Shown: positions 20,271 through 30,711 of the stretch, one piece after another
Layout of the letters: every line of letters begins with the position of its first letter
Numbering within the stretch: position 1 is the first letter of the stretch
Notes under the pieces: generated by a model
Told to the model about the DNA's origin: nothing
Databases searched by the model: none
The model's input: the letters and a program-made list of their open reading frames with translations, nothing else
Assembly: GCA_900617105.1 (NCBI GenBank)
Contig: UYFQ01000001.1
Location: forward strand, 2,108,001 to 2,172,000
Source: Hydrurus foetidus
Lineage: Eukaryota
DNA length: 64,000 nucleotides
Direction: 5' to 3'
Program-made: the position numbers and the translations under genes

Positions 20271-21119
20271 CTAACTCGTAGCCCGCCGCAGCTCAGCCAG
20301 CCGCTGCGACACACCGCTGACATCAGGCGCGTGCTCTGCGTTGAAAAGGTACTTTTCAAGGTCGGCTACCGCGCGGCTGGTGTGGCCTTGGGCTGCCAGG
20401 GCCAAGCCGCGGTCGCGGTACTCTGTCCATGACTCGGGTTGCAGCACGATCAGGCGGTCGGCCACGGCTATCAGGCGCTGCCAGTCTTCTTGCGTTTTAT
20501 GAATTTCTTTCAGGTTGCGCAGCATGCGGCTGATGATGTCGCGCGGTGTAGCCGACTGCAAATACGGGCCCAGCGGCGCATCTGATGGCTCTTGGCTGCG
20601 TTGCTGCCTGAAGGGCTCCAGCCGCTCGGCCAGCTCTTCGCGGCTAAGCGACTGGCCGCTGAAAGGGTCCATCACCACCTGGCCTTTGGGCAGATTAACC
20701 TTGACCATAAAGTGCCCCGGAAAAGCCACGCCGCGTGCCGTTAAGCCCACGCCGCCGGCCAGTTCAAGCCACAGCACGGCCAGGCTAATCGGTATGCCGC
20801 GCCGGGACTTGAGCACGCTGTTCAGGTAGCTGTTGTCGGGGTCGTAGTAGTCGTTGACGTTGCCGCCAAAGCCCAAGTCACGAAAGAAGAATTGATTGAG
20901 CAGCCGCAGCTTTTGCAGGGCTGAAGCATCGGCTGGCAAGCGCCGCTTTAGTCGCGCCTGCAACTGGTCAACGTCGCCCAGCGCTTGCTGAACGTCAAGG
21001 TCGGGGTATTCGTCTTGCGCCAGGCTGATGGCGGCTTCAAGCAGCGGAAAGTGCTGGTCGCTTTCGACCAGGCTTGCAAAGTATTGCAGTGCAGAAGGAA
21101 CATCGAGATTTAACGCCAT
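20271..21119 (-). CDS. SirB1 family protein (transglutaminase-like core 2 + TPR)
   Basis: YYDPDNSYLNSVLKSRRGIPISL, FPGHF, RMLRNLK, EYRDRG. Confidence 0.9.
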   Translation of the reverse strand: MALNLDVPSALQYFASLVESDQHFPLLEAAISLAQDEYPDLDVQQALGDVDQLQARLKRRLPADASALQKLRLLNQFFFRDLGFGGNVNDYYDPDNSYLNSVLKSRRGIPISLAVLWLELAGGVGLTARGVAFPGHFMVKVNLPKGQVVMDPFSGQSLSREELAERLEPFRQQRSQEPSDAPLGPYLQSATPRDIISRMLRNLKEIHKTQEDWQRLIAVADRLIVLQPESWTEYRDRGLALAAQGHTSRAVADLEKYLFNAEHAPDVSGVSQRLAELRRATS

Positions 21120-21185
21120 AGCCGTACTTTCTCATAAAAAAGCCGCGAAGTCACCGGGACGAATAAGTAACCGGCGTGGGCCAAG

Positions 21186-22751
21186 CTAGCGGCGCATCAG
21201 TTGCCGTACTTTTAAGCCCGACACCCAAAGCGCTACAAAATATATAGCTGCTCCCGCCAATATTGCTGCCGCTAGCAGCCCAATTCGTTGCCAATAAGCG
21301 GCTTTTAAGCCCACCCAATTGACTGCACCGGCTGACCACATTAAAAACACCGTAAGTAAAGCCGTGGCCGCCAGCACCTGCAAGGCAAACACGCCCCAGC
21401 CCGGTGCGGGTTTGTAACTTCCCCGGCGCAGCAGCCCGACCAGTAGGCACAGCGCATTGACCAATGCGCCAATGCCAATGGCCAGCGCCAGCCCGGCGTG
21501 CGCAAAGTACGGCACCAGCGCAACATTCAATAATTGCGTCAGCACCAGCACCACCAGCGCAATTTTTACTGGGGTTTTAATGTCCTGGCTGGCATAAAAG
21601 CCGGGTGCCAACACCTTGATGGCCACCAACCCGACCAGCCCGGCGCCGTAGCCCATCAACGCGGTGGTGGTTTGCGCCACGTCCCGTTCGGTGAATGCAC
21701 CGTAGTGGTATAGCGTGGCGACTAGCGGGGTGGCAAAAGTCAGCAAGGCGGCGGCGCTGGGCACAGCCAACAGCACCACAATGCGCAGGCCCCAGTCCAG
21801 CATGTCAGAGTATTTTTTGGCGTCGTCGGCGGCTTTGGCGGCGGCCAGTTGCGGCATCAACACCACACCAATGGCCACGCCCAGCATGGCGGTGGGGAAT
21901 TCCATCAGCCGGTCGGCGTAGCTTAGCCAACTCACACTGCCCGGCGTAAGGTGCGAGGCGATTTGGGTGTTGATCAGCAGCGATATTTGCGCCACGCTTA
22001 CACCCAGAAGTGCGGGCAACATGAGTTTTACTATGTTTTTAGTAGCTGGTTGCGCCCATGATTGCTTGGCTACAGCCCAATTGAATGATATTTTTGGCAA
22101 TAAACCGAGCTTGAGCAGCGCTGGGACTTGTACCAACAATTGCAGCACGCCGCCCACCATCACGCCCACGGCCAATGCGTAAACGGGCTCAATGCCCTGC
22201 GCCTTGAACCACGGTGCGCCAAACCAGGCTGCCGCAATCATGGCGACGTTCAGCAGCACGGGCGTGGCCGCAGGCACAGCAAAGCGCCGCCAGGTATTGA
22301 GCACGCCCGACGACAGCGCCACCAGCGACATAAACGCTATGTACGGAAACATCCAGCGCGTCATGAACACAGCGGCCTCAAAACCGCGCGGGTCTTGCTT
22401 CAGACCGCTGGCCATGGCGTACACCAAAGCAGGTGCGGCAGCCACGCCTATGACGCAGGTCAGCAGCAGCGCCCACGTCAAAATGGTGGCGACGCGGTCA
22501 ATCAGCAGTTTGGTCTCGGCGTCGCCATGCTGCGCCTTATTGGCCGCCAGCACTGGCACAAAAGCCTGGCTAAAAGCGCCCTCAGCAAACAGGCGCCTGA
22601 ACAGATTGGGTATGCGAAATGCGACGTTAAAAGCATCTGTCATGGCGCTGGCGCCAAAAGTTGATGCAATGAGCAGCTCGCGCATCAGGCCGGTGATGCG
22701 GGATACAAGCGTGAGGGCAGAGACGGTCGAGGCGGATTTAAAGAGTGACAC
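21186..22751 (-). CDS. murJ: Lipid II flippase MurJ
   Basis: SRITGLMRE, AFRIPNLFRRLFAEGAFSQAFVP, YADRLMEFP. Confidence 0.96.
   Translation of the reverse strand: MSLFKSASTVSALTLVSRITGLMRELLIASTFGASAMTDAFNVAFRIPNLFRRLFAEGAFSQAFVPVLAANKAQHGDAETKLLIDRVATILTWALLLTCVIGVAAAPALVYAMASGLKQDPRGFEAAVFMTRWMFPYIAFMSLVALSSGVLNTWRRFAVPAATPVLLNVAMIAAAWFGAPWFKAQGIEPVYALAVGVMVGGVLQLLVQVPALLKLGLLPKISFNWAVAKQSWAQPATKNIVKLMLPALLGVSVAQISLLINTQIASHLTPGSVSWLSYADRLMEFPTAMLGVAIGVVLMPQLAAAKAADDAKKYSDMLDWGLRIVVLLAVPSAAALLTFATPLVATLYHYGAFTERDVAQTTTALMGYGAGLVGLVAIKVLAPGFYASQDIKTPVKIALVVLVLTQLLNVALVPYFAHAGLALAIGIGALVNALCLLVGLLRRGSYKPAPGWGVFALQVLAATALLTVFLMWSAGAVNWVGLKAAYWQRIGLLAAAILAGAAIYFVALWVSGLKVRQLMRR
21232..21296 (+). 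repeat. Family A element, intragenic (murJ C-terminal TM)
   Basis: gctacaaaatatatagc tgctcccgcca atattgctg ccgc tagcagcc caatt. Confidence 0.75.
22030..22094 (+). repeat. Family A element, intragenic (murJ central loop)
   Basis: actatgtttttagtagc tggttgcgccc atgattgct tggc tacagccc aattg. Confidence 0.8.
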
Positions 22752-23060
22752 AGCTGGAGTTTACGGCAGGGTAATAAGCTGGATCCTTCGCAAAATCACA
22801 GCTTGACTAGCGCAGACCGTTGGGCAGTTGCACTGGATATTCTTTTGAAAGGCGCGCGCTGCCCGCTTCTCGCGCATCGCCGCCCCAGTCGCGTGTGATT
22901 TCAAAAAATTTACAGGGTAATTGCCCAATGGTATGCCGCGGGTCTAGTGAGCGCAGGCTCTTAAGCGCTGCCGCGCTATAATGGAAAGCTTCGCTTGCAA
23001 CATCCGCAGACCATTTTCGGTGTCAGTTAATACTGATCCGATATCCAAAGGAATTAAATT

Positions 23061-23360
23061 ATGGCAACCGCCAAACCCAAGAAAAAGAACCCACGTCTGG
23101 CATCAGGCCGTAAACGCGTCCGCCAGGACACCAAACTCAATGCCGCAAACACATCGCTGCGCTCCAAATACCGCACTGCTGTGAAAAACGTTGAAAAAGC
23201 CGTAGCAGCAGGCGACAAAGAAAAAGCCAAAGAAGCTTTCGCCAAAGCCCAGAGCATTGTCGACACCGTGGCCGACAAAGGCATTTTTCACAAAAACAAG
23301 GCAGCTCGCGATAAGAGCCGCCTGTCGTCCAAGGTGAAAGCCTTGGCCCTAGCTGCTTAA
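23061..23360 (+). CDS. rpsT: 30S ribosomal protein S20
   Basis: SGRKRVRQ...[13 protein letters not shown]...[12 protein letters not shown]; divergent from murJ. Confidence 0.97.
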   Translation: MATAKPKKKNPRLASGRKRVRQDTKLNAANTSLRSKYRTAVKNVEKAVAAGDKEKAKEAFAKAQSIVDTVADKGIFHKNKAARDKSRLSSKVKALALAA

Positions 23361-23438
23361 GAAATTAAGCAAAAAAGCCCGGAAGGCTTGATTAAAAGAG
23401 ACTTCCGCCGTTTTGTTGGGTGCGCTGCAAACGAAGTC

Positions 23439-23465
23439 AAAAAAGCCGTCTAACGACGGCTTTTT
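23439..23465. terminator. Bidirectional intrinsic terminator
   Basis: aaaaaa gccgtc taac gacggc ttttt between convergent genes. Confidence 0.88.
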
Positions 23466-23483
23466 AGTTTTCATTTGACAAGA

Positions 23484-23813
23484 TTATTTTTTAGGCAGTT
23501 CAGGAATCAGACAAGCCTCAGCCATCTGCAAGTTATTGTCTTTGGCAAAGTTAATGGCGAAGTCCCAGGCCATGGGTTCAACTTCGCGCAGCTCGGCGTT
23601 TACCACCACGCAGCGCACGCCGTTGATCAGTGTTGGAATGCACCAAGGCGAATAAGTCAGGTGACTACCCGGCTGCGGCCCGCCGGGCCTGAACGGGCTC
23701 ATTACCCCGCACAACCTGTCGGCCCAGTCGCTGGGCCTGAATGTTTTGCCGTCTTGGGTAATGCCTTGAATAAAGACTTCTTTGATCGCTTTATTAATAG
23801 TCTGGTGTTGCAC
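23484..23813 (-). CDS. DUF3579 domain protein
   Basis: FIQGITQDGKTFRPSDWADRL...FAKDNNL. Confidence 0.85.
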   Translation of the reverse strand: MQHQTINKAIKEVFIQGITQDGKTFRPSDWADRLCGVMSPFRPGGPQPGSHLTYSPWCIPTLINGVRCVVVNAELREVEPMAWDFAINFAKDNNLQMAEACLIPELPKK

Positions 23814-23950
23814 TGCACCATTATCACATCTTATATAAGACTTGGAACTTGCCGAGCAGCAACACAGTGATGCCAAATGGTCAACTCTTTAATCTGGCTC
23901 TGCCCCTAAAATCAAATCTCACTTTTTTTGACGCCAGCCCGGAGCTCACC

Positions 23951-25204
23951 ATGACTGCTGCCCTGCCTAAGTACATCGAAGCCGCCTCCCCGCACGTAAT
24001 GAACACCTACGGTCGCCTGCCGATAGCGATGTCGCACGGGCAAGGCTGCTACGTGTGGGACGTCAACGGCAGGCGCTACCTCGACGCGTTGGGCGGCATC
24101 GCGGTCAATACGCTGGGCCACAACCACTCAAAATTAGTGCCCGCGCTGCAAGACCAGCTGACAAAGCTGATTCACTGCTCTAACTACTACCATGTGCCAC
24201 TGCAAGAAACGCTGGCGGCCAAGCTCGTGGAACTGTCTGGGCTTACGAACGTATTTTTCTGCTCGACTGGTTTAGAAGCGAACGAAGCAGCACTCAAACT
24301 GGCGCGCAAGTTTGGCCATGACAAAGGCATTGAGCGGCCTGAAGTTGTCGTGTACGAAAAAGCCTTTCATGGTCGCAGCATTGCCACCCTGAGCGCCACC
24401 GGCAACCCCAAAGTGCAAGCCGGATTTGGCCCGTTGGTGGAGGGGTTTATTCGCGTGCCGCTGAACGACATTGACGCAATTAAAAAAGCTACCGAAGGCA
24501 ACCCCAACGTCACTGCCGTATTTTTTGAAGCCATTCAAGGCGAAGGCGGTGTGCACCCCATGAACGACCAATACCTGCGCGATGTGCGCAAGTTATGCGA
24601 CGAGCGTGATTGGCTCTTGATGATTGACGAAGTGCAATGCGGCATGGGCCGTACCGGCAAGTGGTTTGCGCATCAGTGGTCGGGCATCAAACCTGACGTC
24701 ATGCCGCTGGCCAAGGGCTTGGGTTCAGGCGTGCCGATTGGTGCAGTGGTGTGCGGGCCAAAAGCCGCGACCATTTTTAAACCCGGCAACCACGGCACCA
24801 CATTTGGCGGCAACCCGCTGGCGATGCGGGCGGGGGTAGAGACGATTCGCATTCTGGAAGAAGACCACATCATTGCCAAGGCCGTGAACACGGGCGGGCA
24901 TTTGCGTGCAGCGCTGGAGCGTGAGCTGTCTGGCACAGCCGGTGTGGTCAACATTCGCGGCAGGGGTTTGATGCTGGGCATTGAGCTGGCCATACCGTGC
25001 GGCGACTTGCTAAAGCAGGCTGCCGATGAGGGCTTGCTGATCAGCGTCACGGCTGACTCGGTCATTCGTCTGGTGCCGCCGCTGATCATGACCACGCTTG
25101 AGGCCGATGAGGTCGTCGCGATTTTGGTGCCGCTCATCAAACAGTTTTTGTTCGACAAGTCGAGCGACACCAGCGCCCCCAAGGCATCGGTGATGAATGA
25201 CTGA
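23951..25204 (+). CDS. argD: Acetylornithine aminotransferase
   Basis: VMNTYGR, FHGRS, EAIQGEGG, DEVQCGMGRTG, LAKGLG, HGTTFGGNP. Confidence 0.93.
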   Translation: MTAALPKYIEAASPHVMNTYGRLPIAMSHGQGCYVWDVNGRRYLDALGGIAVNTLGHNHSKLVPALQDQLTKLIHCSNYYHVPLQETLAAKLVELSGLTNVFFCSTGLEANEAALKLARKFGHDKGIERPEVVVYEKAFHGRSIATLSATGNPKVQAGFGPLVEGFIRVPLNDIDAIKKATEGNPNVTAVFFEAIQGEGGVHPMNDQYLRDVRKLCDERDWLLMIDEVQCGMGRTGKWFAHQWSGIKPDVMPLAKGLGSGVPIGAVVCGPKAATIFKPGNHGTTFGGNPLAMRAGVETIRILEEDHIIAKAVNTGGHLRAALERELSGTAGVVNIRGRGLMLGIELAIPCGDLLKQAADEGLLISVTADSVIRLVPPLIMTTLEADEVVAILVPLIKQFLFDKSSDTSAPKASVMND

Positions 25205-26144
25205 TTCGATGACTAACTTGACGAACAAGCCGATCAAACATTACTTGCAGTTCAGCGACCTTGACGCTGCTGAATACGCGTACCTGTTCGAGCGCGCCGC
25301 GCTGATTAAAAAGAAATTTAAAGCCTACGAAAAGCACCAGCCACTGGTTGACCGCACCATGGCCATGATTTTTGAAAAAGCATCGACCCGCACCCGCGTG
25401 AGCTTTGAAGCCGGCATGTACCAGTTGGGCGGCACGGTAGTTAATTTGACGACTGAAGGCAGCCAGCTTGGCCGCGCAGAGCCGATTGAAGACAGCGCCA
25501 AAGTCATCAGCCGCATGGTCGATTTGGTGATGATTCGCACCTTTGAGCAAACCAAAATTGACCGCTTTGCCGAACATTCACGCGTGCCCGTGATTAACGG
25601 GCTCACGAACGAGTTTCACCCCTGCCAGATTTTGGCCGACATCTTCACCTACATCGAACATCGCGGCAGCATCAAAGGCAAAACAGTCGCGTGGGTCGGC
25701 GACGGCAACAATATGGCCAACACGTGGCTGCAGGCCAGTGAGATTCTGGGTTTTAAAGTACACCTAAGCACGCCTGGCGGCTACGAGGTTGACCAGTCAG
25801 TTGCCGGCATTCGCTCAGCAGACAGCTACCAGGTGTTTAAGGACCCGCTTGAGGCGTGCGCAGGTGCAGACCTGGTCACGACAGACGTGTGGACGTCCAT
25901 GGGTTTTGAAGCTGAAAACGAGGCCCGCAAAAAGGCGTTTGCCCACTGGTGTGTAGACGCCGAGATGATGCGCGCTGCCAAGCCAGATGCCTTGTTCATG
26001 CACTGCCTGCCCGCCCATCGCGGCGAAGAAGTTGAAGCAGAAGTGATTGACGGCCCGCAGTCGGTGGTGTGGGACGAGGCTGAAAACCGCATGCATGTGC
26101 AGAAGGCGCTGATGGAGTACCTATTGCTGGGGCGTTTGGACTAG
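25197..26144 (+). CDS. argF: Ornithine carbamoyltransferase
   Basis: FEKASTRTR, HPCQ, DVWTSMG, FMHCLP. Confidence 0.96.
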   Translation: MTDSMTNLTNKPIKHYLQFSDLDAAEYAYLFERAALIKKKFKAYEKHQPLVDRTMAMIFEKASTRTRVSFEAGMYQLGGTVVNLTTEGSQLGRAEPIEDSAKVISRMVDLVMIRTFEQTKIDRFAEHSRVPVINGLTNEFHPCQILADIFTYIEHRGSIKGKTVAWVGDGNNMANTWLQASEILGFKVHLSTPGGYEVDQSVAGIRSADSYQVFKDPLEACAGADLVTTDVWTSMGFEAENEARKKAFAHWCVDAEMMRAAKPDALFMHCLPAHRGEEVEAEVIDGPQSVVWDEAENRMHVQKALMEYLLLGRLD

Positions 26145-26353
26145 GCCGCTTTAACCATTGAGCGAGCGCGAGCCAACTGCGCATCACGCTCACGCATGCG
26201 TTCAATCGCTTCTACCTTCTGCTCCCATGTCATCACCCGTTCGCGTTGACGCCACGCGGCTTTAACTTTGGCGACATGCGCTTCAACGTCCATTGCATTC
26301 ACAACGTACGTAATGTCTGGAACTGCTCTTGATTTAAACGTAGCGTTTGACAT
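26141..26353 (-). CDS. Small hypothetical protein, putative partner of the adjacent nucleotidyltransferase
   Basis: 70 aa, overlaps the end of the upstream NTase-like gene; MTWEQKVEAIERM. Confidence 0.55.
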   Translation of the reverse strand: MSNATFKSRAVPDITYVVNAMDVEAHVAKVKAAWRQRERVMTWEQKVEAIERMRERDAQLARARSMVKAA

Positions 26354-26846
26354 ATATTGCCCAACGCTGCGTCAAAGCGAACGCATTGACCAATGCTGCC
26401 AGCCTGTCGCTGTTTACATGACCTGATTCAATCAACATATGAATACGCATATAGTCTTTGGCACGCCCAGTTTGCAACGCAATCGCACATAGATAGTCGG
26501 CAGAAACCACTTTCACTATCAAATCTTCAAAGTGTTGATCAACTGCGTTTGCCACAGCCTCTTCAACAAGCGGCGTTTATGCAGGAAGAATCTGCACCGG
26601 CCACTTACCGATGACTACATGCTCACTTTCAATTCGCCCGCCCAATTGTTGCAACCGCTCATACAAAGGCGTCAGCACTAAAAGCCCCGAGGCCGAAGGC
26701 TTGAGAAACGCAAAAATATCCAGGTCTTCCGTTGCTACGGCTGGCGTATAAAAGCTCGCGGCAATAGCACCGCCAATAGCAAAATCAGCAAGAATACCCT
26801 CCTCGCGGACTTGAAGCATTACTTTTAAACTTTCGCGCATTTCCAC
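26334..26846 (-). pseudogene. Nucleotidyltransferase-like (TA-type) gene with in-frame premature stop
   Basis: AIGG...TEDLD motif; ORFs 26577-26846 and 26334-26555 share a frame, separated by one TAA (ILPA*TPLVEEAV); C-terminal GRAKD. Confidence 0.8.
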
Positions 26847-26969
26847 ATGTTATTTCATTACCGCGGCGCAACGCCGCACTGTGCCAAGCTGAGCTTTAAG
26901 CCCGCTATTTTTGAAGGCTGTTGGAAATAACCGACACCACAGCATTTTCAGCAGTGCTACCTTCACTAC

Positions 26970-27656
26970 ATGACGTTTTCACCCCTGAAGTTGCCGCTAA
27001 AAATTTGGGACATTTCACCGCCTGTTGACGAGCAGGCGGCGGTATTCCCGGGCGACACGGCTTATTCGCAACGCCTGCATTTCGCGTTGACACCAGACTG
27101 CCCGGTTAACGTCAACAGCATCACGCTGTCGCCACACACAGGCGCGCACGCCGATGCACCCATGCACTACGCGAGCGGCGGCGCAGCGGCTGGCGCGCTT
27201 GACCTGGCGCCGTACCTTGGGCCGTGCCGCGTGATTTATTGCATCGACTGCGGCCCCCTGGTGTTACCCGAACACATTGCCCATGCGCTGACTGACTTGC
27301 CGCCGCGCGTTTTGCTGCGCACCGCACGCACTGCCAGCCAGTCTTGGGCATCATTTACGGCTGTGGCGCCCGAAACAATGGCGCTACTAGCTACTAAAAA
27401 CGTAGCGTTGGTGGGTATTGACACACCCAGCGTTGACCCTGCTGATAGCCAAGCGCTGCCGAGCCATCATCAACTGCTGGCCAACAACATGCGCAACCTT
27501 GAATGCCTGGTGCTAGACGATGTGCCCGAGGGCGACTATGAATTGATTGCCCTGCCGCTCAAACTGATACGCGCTGATGCTTCCCCCGTGCGGGCAATTT
27601 TGCGTGAACTGACCACCCTCACCCCTGCCCTCTCCCGCACGCGGGAGAGGGAGTAA
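26970..27656 (+). CDS. kynB: Kynurenine formamidase (arylformamidase)
   Basis: HTGAHADAPMH, GIDTPSVD, YELIALPL, DASPVRA; first gene of kynBUA. Confidence 0.93.
   Translation: MTFSPLKLPLKIWDISPPVDEQAAVFPGDTAYSQRLHFALTPDCPVNVNSITLSPHTGAHADAPMHYASGGAAAGALDLAPYLGPCRVIYCIDCGPLVLPEHIAHALTDLPPRVLLRTARTASQSWASFTAVAPETMALLATKNVALVGIDTPSVDPADSQALPSHHQLLANNMRNLECLVLDDVPEGDYELIALPLKLIRADASPVRAILRELTTLTPALSRTRERE
27342..27406 (-). repeat. Family A element, intragenic (kynB), degenerate
   Basis: cggctgtg gcgc ccgaaacaa tggcgctacta gctactaaaaacgtagc; block spacing conserved. Confidence 0.65.
27616..27653 (+). repeat. Family B repeat encoding the kynB C-terminus
   Basis: ccctcacccctgccctctcccgcacgcgggagagggag followed directly by TAA. 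Confidence 0.92.
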
Positions 27657-27668
27657 ATTCAAACACCT

Positions 27669-28946
27669 ATGACCACACAACAAGACTGCACCGCGCTTGA
27701 CGCGCAAGATCCCTTAAGCAAACTGCGGCATCAATTTACGTTGCCTGAAGGCGTAATTTATCTGGACGGAAACTCACTCGGCGTGCTGCCCAATACCGCC
27801 GCCAGCCGCGTGGCCAAAGCCGTGACCGAAGAGTGGGGCCAGGGCCTGATCCGCTCCTGGAACACCGCAGGCTGGTTTGACATGCCGCAGCGCTTGGGCG
27901 ACAAAATTGCGCAATTGATTGGCGCTGGGCCGGGCGAGGTGGTGGCTACTGACACCACCTCGATCAATTTATTCAAAGTGCTGAGCACGGCGCTGAGCAT
28001 CGCATCTGTCGACGCACCTGAGCGCAAAGTGTTGGTCAGCGAGCGCAGCAACTTTCCCACCGACTTGTACATTGCCGAGGCACTGTGCAAAGAGCGCGGC
28101 CTCACGCTGCTATTGGTTGATGCTGACGACCTTGCCGCAGCATTGACGCCTGACGTCGCCGTGCTGATGCTCACCCACGTCAACTACCGCACAGGTGCCA
28201 TGTTCGACATGCAGGCCGTAACTGCCAAAGCACATGCTGCGGGCGTGCTGTGCGTGTGGGACCTGGCTCACAGCGCAGGCGCAGTGCCGGTTGACCTGAT
28301 CGCAGCGCAAGCAGACTTTGCAGTGGGTTGTGGATACAAATACCTGAACGGCGGCCCCGGCGCGCCAGCGTTTGTATGGGTCAACCCCAAGCATGCCGCG
28401 CGGGACGTATGGCAACCACTGGCAGGCTGGTGGGGCCACACCGCGCCATTCGCCTTCACACCTGACTACCGGCCGGCAGCAGGCATCAACCGCTATTTGT
28501 GCGGCACGCAACCGGTGCTGAACATGACCGCGCTCGACTGCGGGCTGGACACGGTTCTTGCAGCCGAACCATTGGGCGGCATGAATGCATTACGAAAAAA
28601 GTCACTGGCGTTAACTGACCTGTTCATCACACTGGTTGAAGAGCGCTGCGCTGGTCATGGCTTGGGCTTGGCCACACCGCGCGAACATGCCCAGCGCGGC
28701 TCGCAGGTTTGCTTGACGAGGCAGGATGGTGCTTATGCCGTCGTGCAGGCACTGGTCGCGCGCGGCGTGATTGGTGACTTCAGAGCTGGCGATGGCGCTG
28801 AACATCTTGACATCCTGCGCTTTGGCTTCACCCCGCTGTACACCAGCTTTGAAGACGTGTGGCATGCAGTTGAACATCTGCGCCAGGTGCTGGTTTCAGG
28901 CGAATGGCAACAAAGTGAGTTCAATCAAAAAAGTGCTGTGACCTGA
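27669..28946 (+). CDS. kynU: Kynureninase
   Basis: [36 protein letters not shown]. Confidence 0.96.
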   Translation: MTTQQDCTALDAQDPLSKLRHQFTLPEGVIYLDGNSLGVLPNTAASRVAKAVTEEWGQGLIRSWNTAGWFDMPQRLGDKIAQLIGAGPGEVVATDTTSINLFKVLSTALSIASVDAPERKVLVSERSNFPTDLYIAEALCKERGLTLLLVDADDLAAALTPDVAVLMLTHVNYRTGAMFDMQAVTAKAHAAGVLCVWDLAHSAGAVPVDLIAAQADFAVGCGYKYLNGGPGAPAFVWVNPKHAARDVWQPLAGWWGHTAPFAFTPDYRPAAGINRYLCGTQPVLNMTALDCGLDTVLAAEPLGGMNALRKKSLALTDLFITLVEERCAGHGLGLATPREHAQRGSQVCLTRQDGAYAVVQALVARGVIGDFRAGDGAEHLDILRFGFTPLYTSFEDVWHAVEHLRQVLVSGEWQQSEFNQKSAVT

Positions 28947-28961
28947 ATTACGTCAATCGTT

Positions 28962-29867
28962 ATGTCAACCAAGCACCCTGCCGCTCAAAACGCCAATGAA
29001 GCCGGTAGCTGCCCGGTCAGCGGCTCGGCTACAAGCCCAGCAGACATTGTGCACAGCGAAGGCGCGCAGCTCGACTTCAGCCAGTCGATGACCTACGGCG
29101 ACTATTTGCATTTAGATGACTTGCTGAGCGCACAAAAGCCGCGCTCGCCAGACCACAACGAAATGCTGTTCATCATTCAGCACCAAACCAGCGAGCTGTG
29201 GATGAAGCTGATGCTGCATGAGCTGCGTGCCGCGATTGCTGATATTGCAAAAGACGAACTCAGCGACGCTTTCAAAAAACTCGCCCGCGTCAGCAAAATC
29301 ATGGAGCAACTCGTCCACGCCTGGGACGTTTTGGCCACCATGACGCCGCCCGAATACAGCGCCATTCGGCCCTATCTGGCCAATTCGAGCGGCTTTCAAA
29401 GCGCGCAGTACCGCTGCATTGAATTTGCACTCGGCAACAAAAACGCCGCCATGCTCAAACCCCACGCGCACCGGCCTGACTTGCTGGCGCAGGTACAAGC
29501 CGCATTCGTTGCGCCATCGTTGTACGACGAAGCTCTGCGCTTGCTGGCCAGGCGCGGCTTGCCAGTGCCCACCAGCCACACCCAACGCGACTGGACGCAA
29601 GCCTATATTGAGAGCGATGAAGTTGAACAAGCCTGGCTGGTCGCCTACCGCAACCCAAAAGCGAACTTTGATTTGTACCAACTGGGCGAAGAGCTCACCG
29701 ACCTCGAAGACGCCTTCAGACTATGGCGCTTTCGCCATGTCACCACGGTAGAGCGCGTCATCGGCTTCAAGCGCGGCACGGGCGGTACAGGCGGCGTGAG
29801 TTATTTGCGAAAAATGCTGGATGTCGTGCTATTCCCTGAGATTTGGAAGCTGCGGACGAATTTGTAG
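28962..29867 (+). CDS. kynA: Tryptophan 2,3-dioxygenase
   Basis: [36 protein letters not shown]. Confidence 0.96.
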   Translation: MSTKHPAAQNANEAGSCPVSGSATSPADIVHSEGAQLDFSQSMTYGDYLHLDDLLSAQKPRSPDHNEMLFIIQHQTSELWMKLMLHELRAAIADIAKDELSDAFKKLARVSKIMEQLVHAWDVLATMTPPEYSAIRPYLANSSGFQSAQYRCIEFALGNKNAAMLKPHAHRPDLLAQVQAAFVAPSLYDEALRLLARRGLPVPTSHTQRDWTQAYIESDEVEQAWLVAYRNPKANFDLYQLGEELTDLEDAFRLWRFRHVTTVERVIGFKRGTGGTGGVSYLRKMLDVVLFPEIWKLRTNL

Positions 29868-29892
29868 GTGGTTTGAGGTCTTTTTGGGCCGT

Positions 29893-29957
29893 TTTCAGGC
29901 ATGAGATCGACCTATAGCCCAATGAATTCGGGCGTAAGCAGCTCTTAAATTAATAGC
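29893..29957 (-). repeat. Family A element, intergenic
   Basis: gacctata gccc aatgaattc gggcgtaagca gctcttaaattaatagc. Confidence 0.92.
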
Positions 29958-30075
29958 GTAGTTAACACGGCTGTTCTTATCAACGCAGTCAGCGACTCCG
30001 ATCAAAGTCCCCGTAATGCCGTATCGTTAAAATTTCGTCGTACGATCAATGTATCGATAACCATTGAAGGTAGCC

Positions 30076-30282
30076 ATGCAAACCGTCACCGTCTCACCAA
30101 AATTTCAAGTCGTCATTCCCTTGGCCGTACGGGAGAGGCTAAAGCTTGTGCCCGGCCTCAAGATGCAAGTGGTGCAGTTTGACAACCGCGTGGAGTTCAT
30201 CCCCGTGCAACCCGCCAGCGCCCTGCGCGGGACTTTGCGCGGCATGGACACGACCATTACGCGTGATTCGGACAGACTGTGA
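30076..30282 (+). CDS. AbrB/MazE/SpoVT-family antitoxin
   Basis: MQTVTVSPKFQVVIPLAVRERLKLVPG. Confidence 0.88.
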   Translation: MQTVTVSPKFQVVIPLAVRERLKLVPGLKMQVVQFDNRVEFIPVQPASALRGTLRGMDTTITRDSDRL

Positions 30283-30652
30283 ACGTTGTCGATTCGTCGG
30301 CCTGGCTGGCCTACTTTGCCGATGAGCCCAATGCGCAGCATTTCGCCCACGCCATCGAAGCAACCGACTCACTCATCGTGCCGTCCATCACACTGCTGGA
30401 AGTGTTCGAAAAGTAGCGCAGCAGCGCAGCGAAAGCGCTGCGCTGCAATATGTGGCAGTGATGCAGCAAGGGCGCGTGGTAGCGCTTGATGCGACATTGG
30501 CTTTGCTGGTCGCCACTTTGGGAGCGCGCCACAAGTTACCGTTGGGCGGCAGCATTATTTACGCGACGGCTCAGCAAGGGAATGCTTTGGTTTGGACGCA
30601 GGATGCTGATTTTGAGGGTTTGGAGGGGGTGCGGTACTTTGCTAAAAACTGA
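30279..30652 (+). pseudogene. vapC: Frameshifted VapC (PIN) toxin
   Basis: GTG-NVVDSSAWLAYF...LLEVFEK* then continues in another frame KVAQQRSESAALQYVAVMQQ...WTQDADF; shift at about 30408-30413. Confidence 0.85.
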
Positions 30653-30711
30653 TTGACTCTTGACCAGGAGCTCAAACTTTTTTGTGAAACATCAACCGAG
30701 GTGCCTCTTGG

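Noticed and set aside
26904..26960. gctatttttgaaggc as another family A copy beside the NTase module
   Set aside because: Lacks the TAGC end and the GCGC/GGGC blocks at the right spacing
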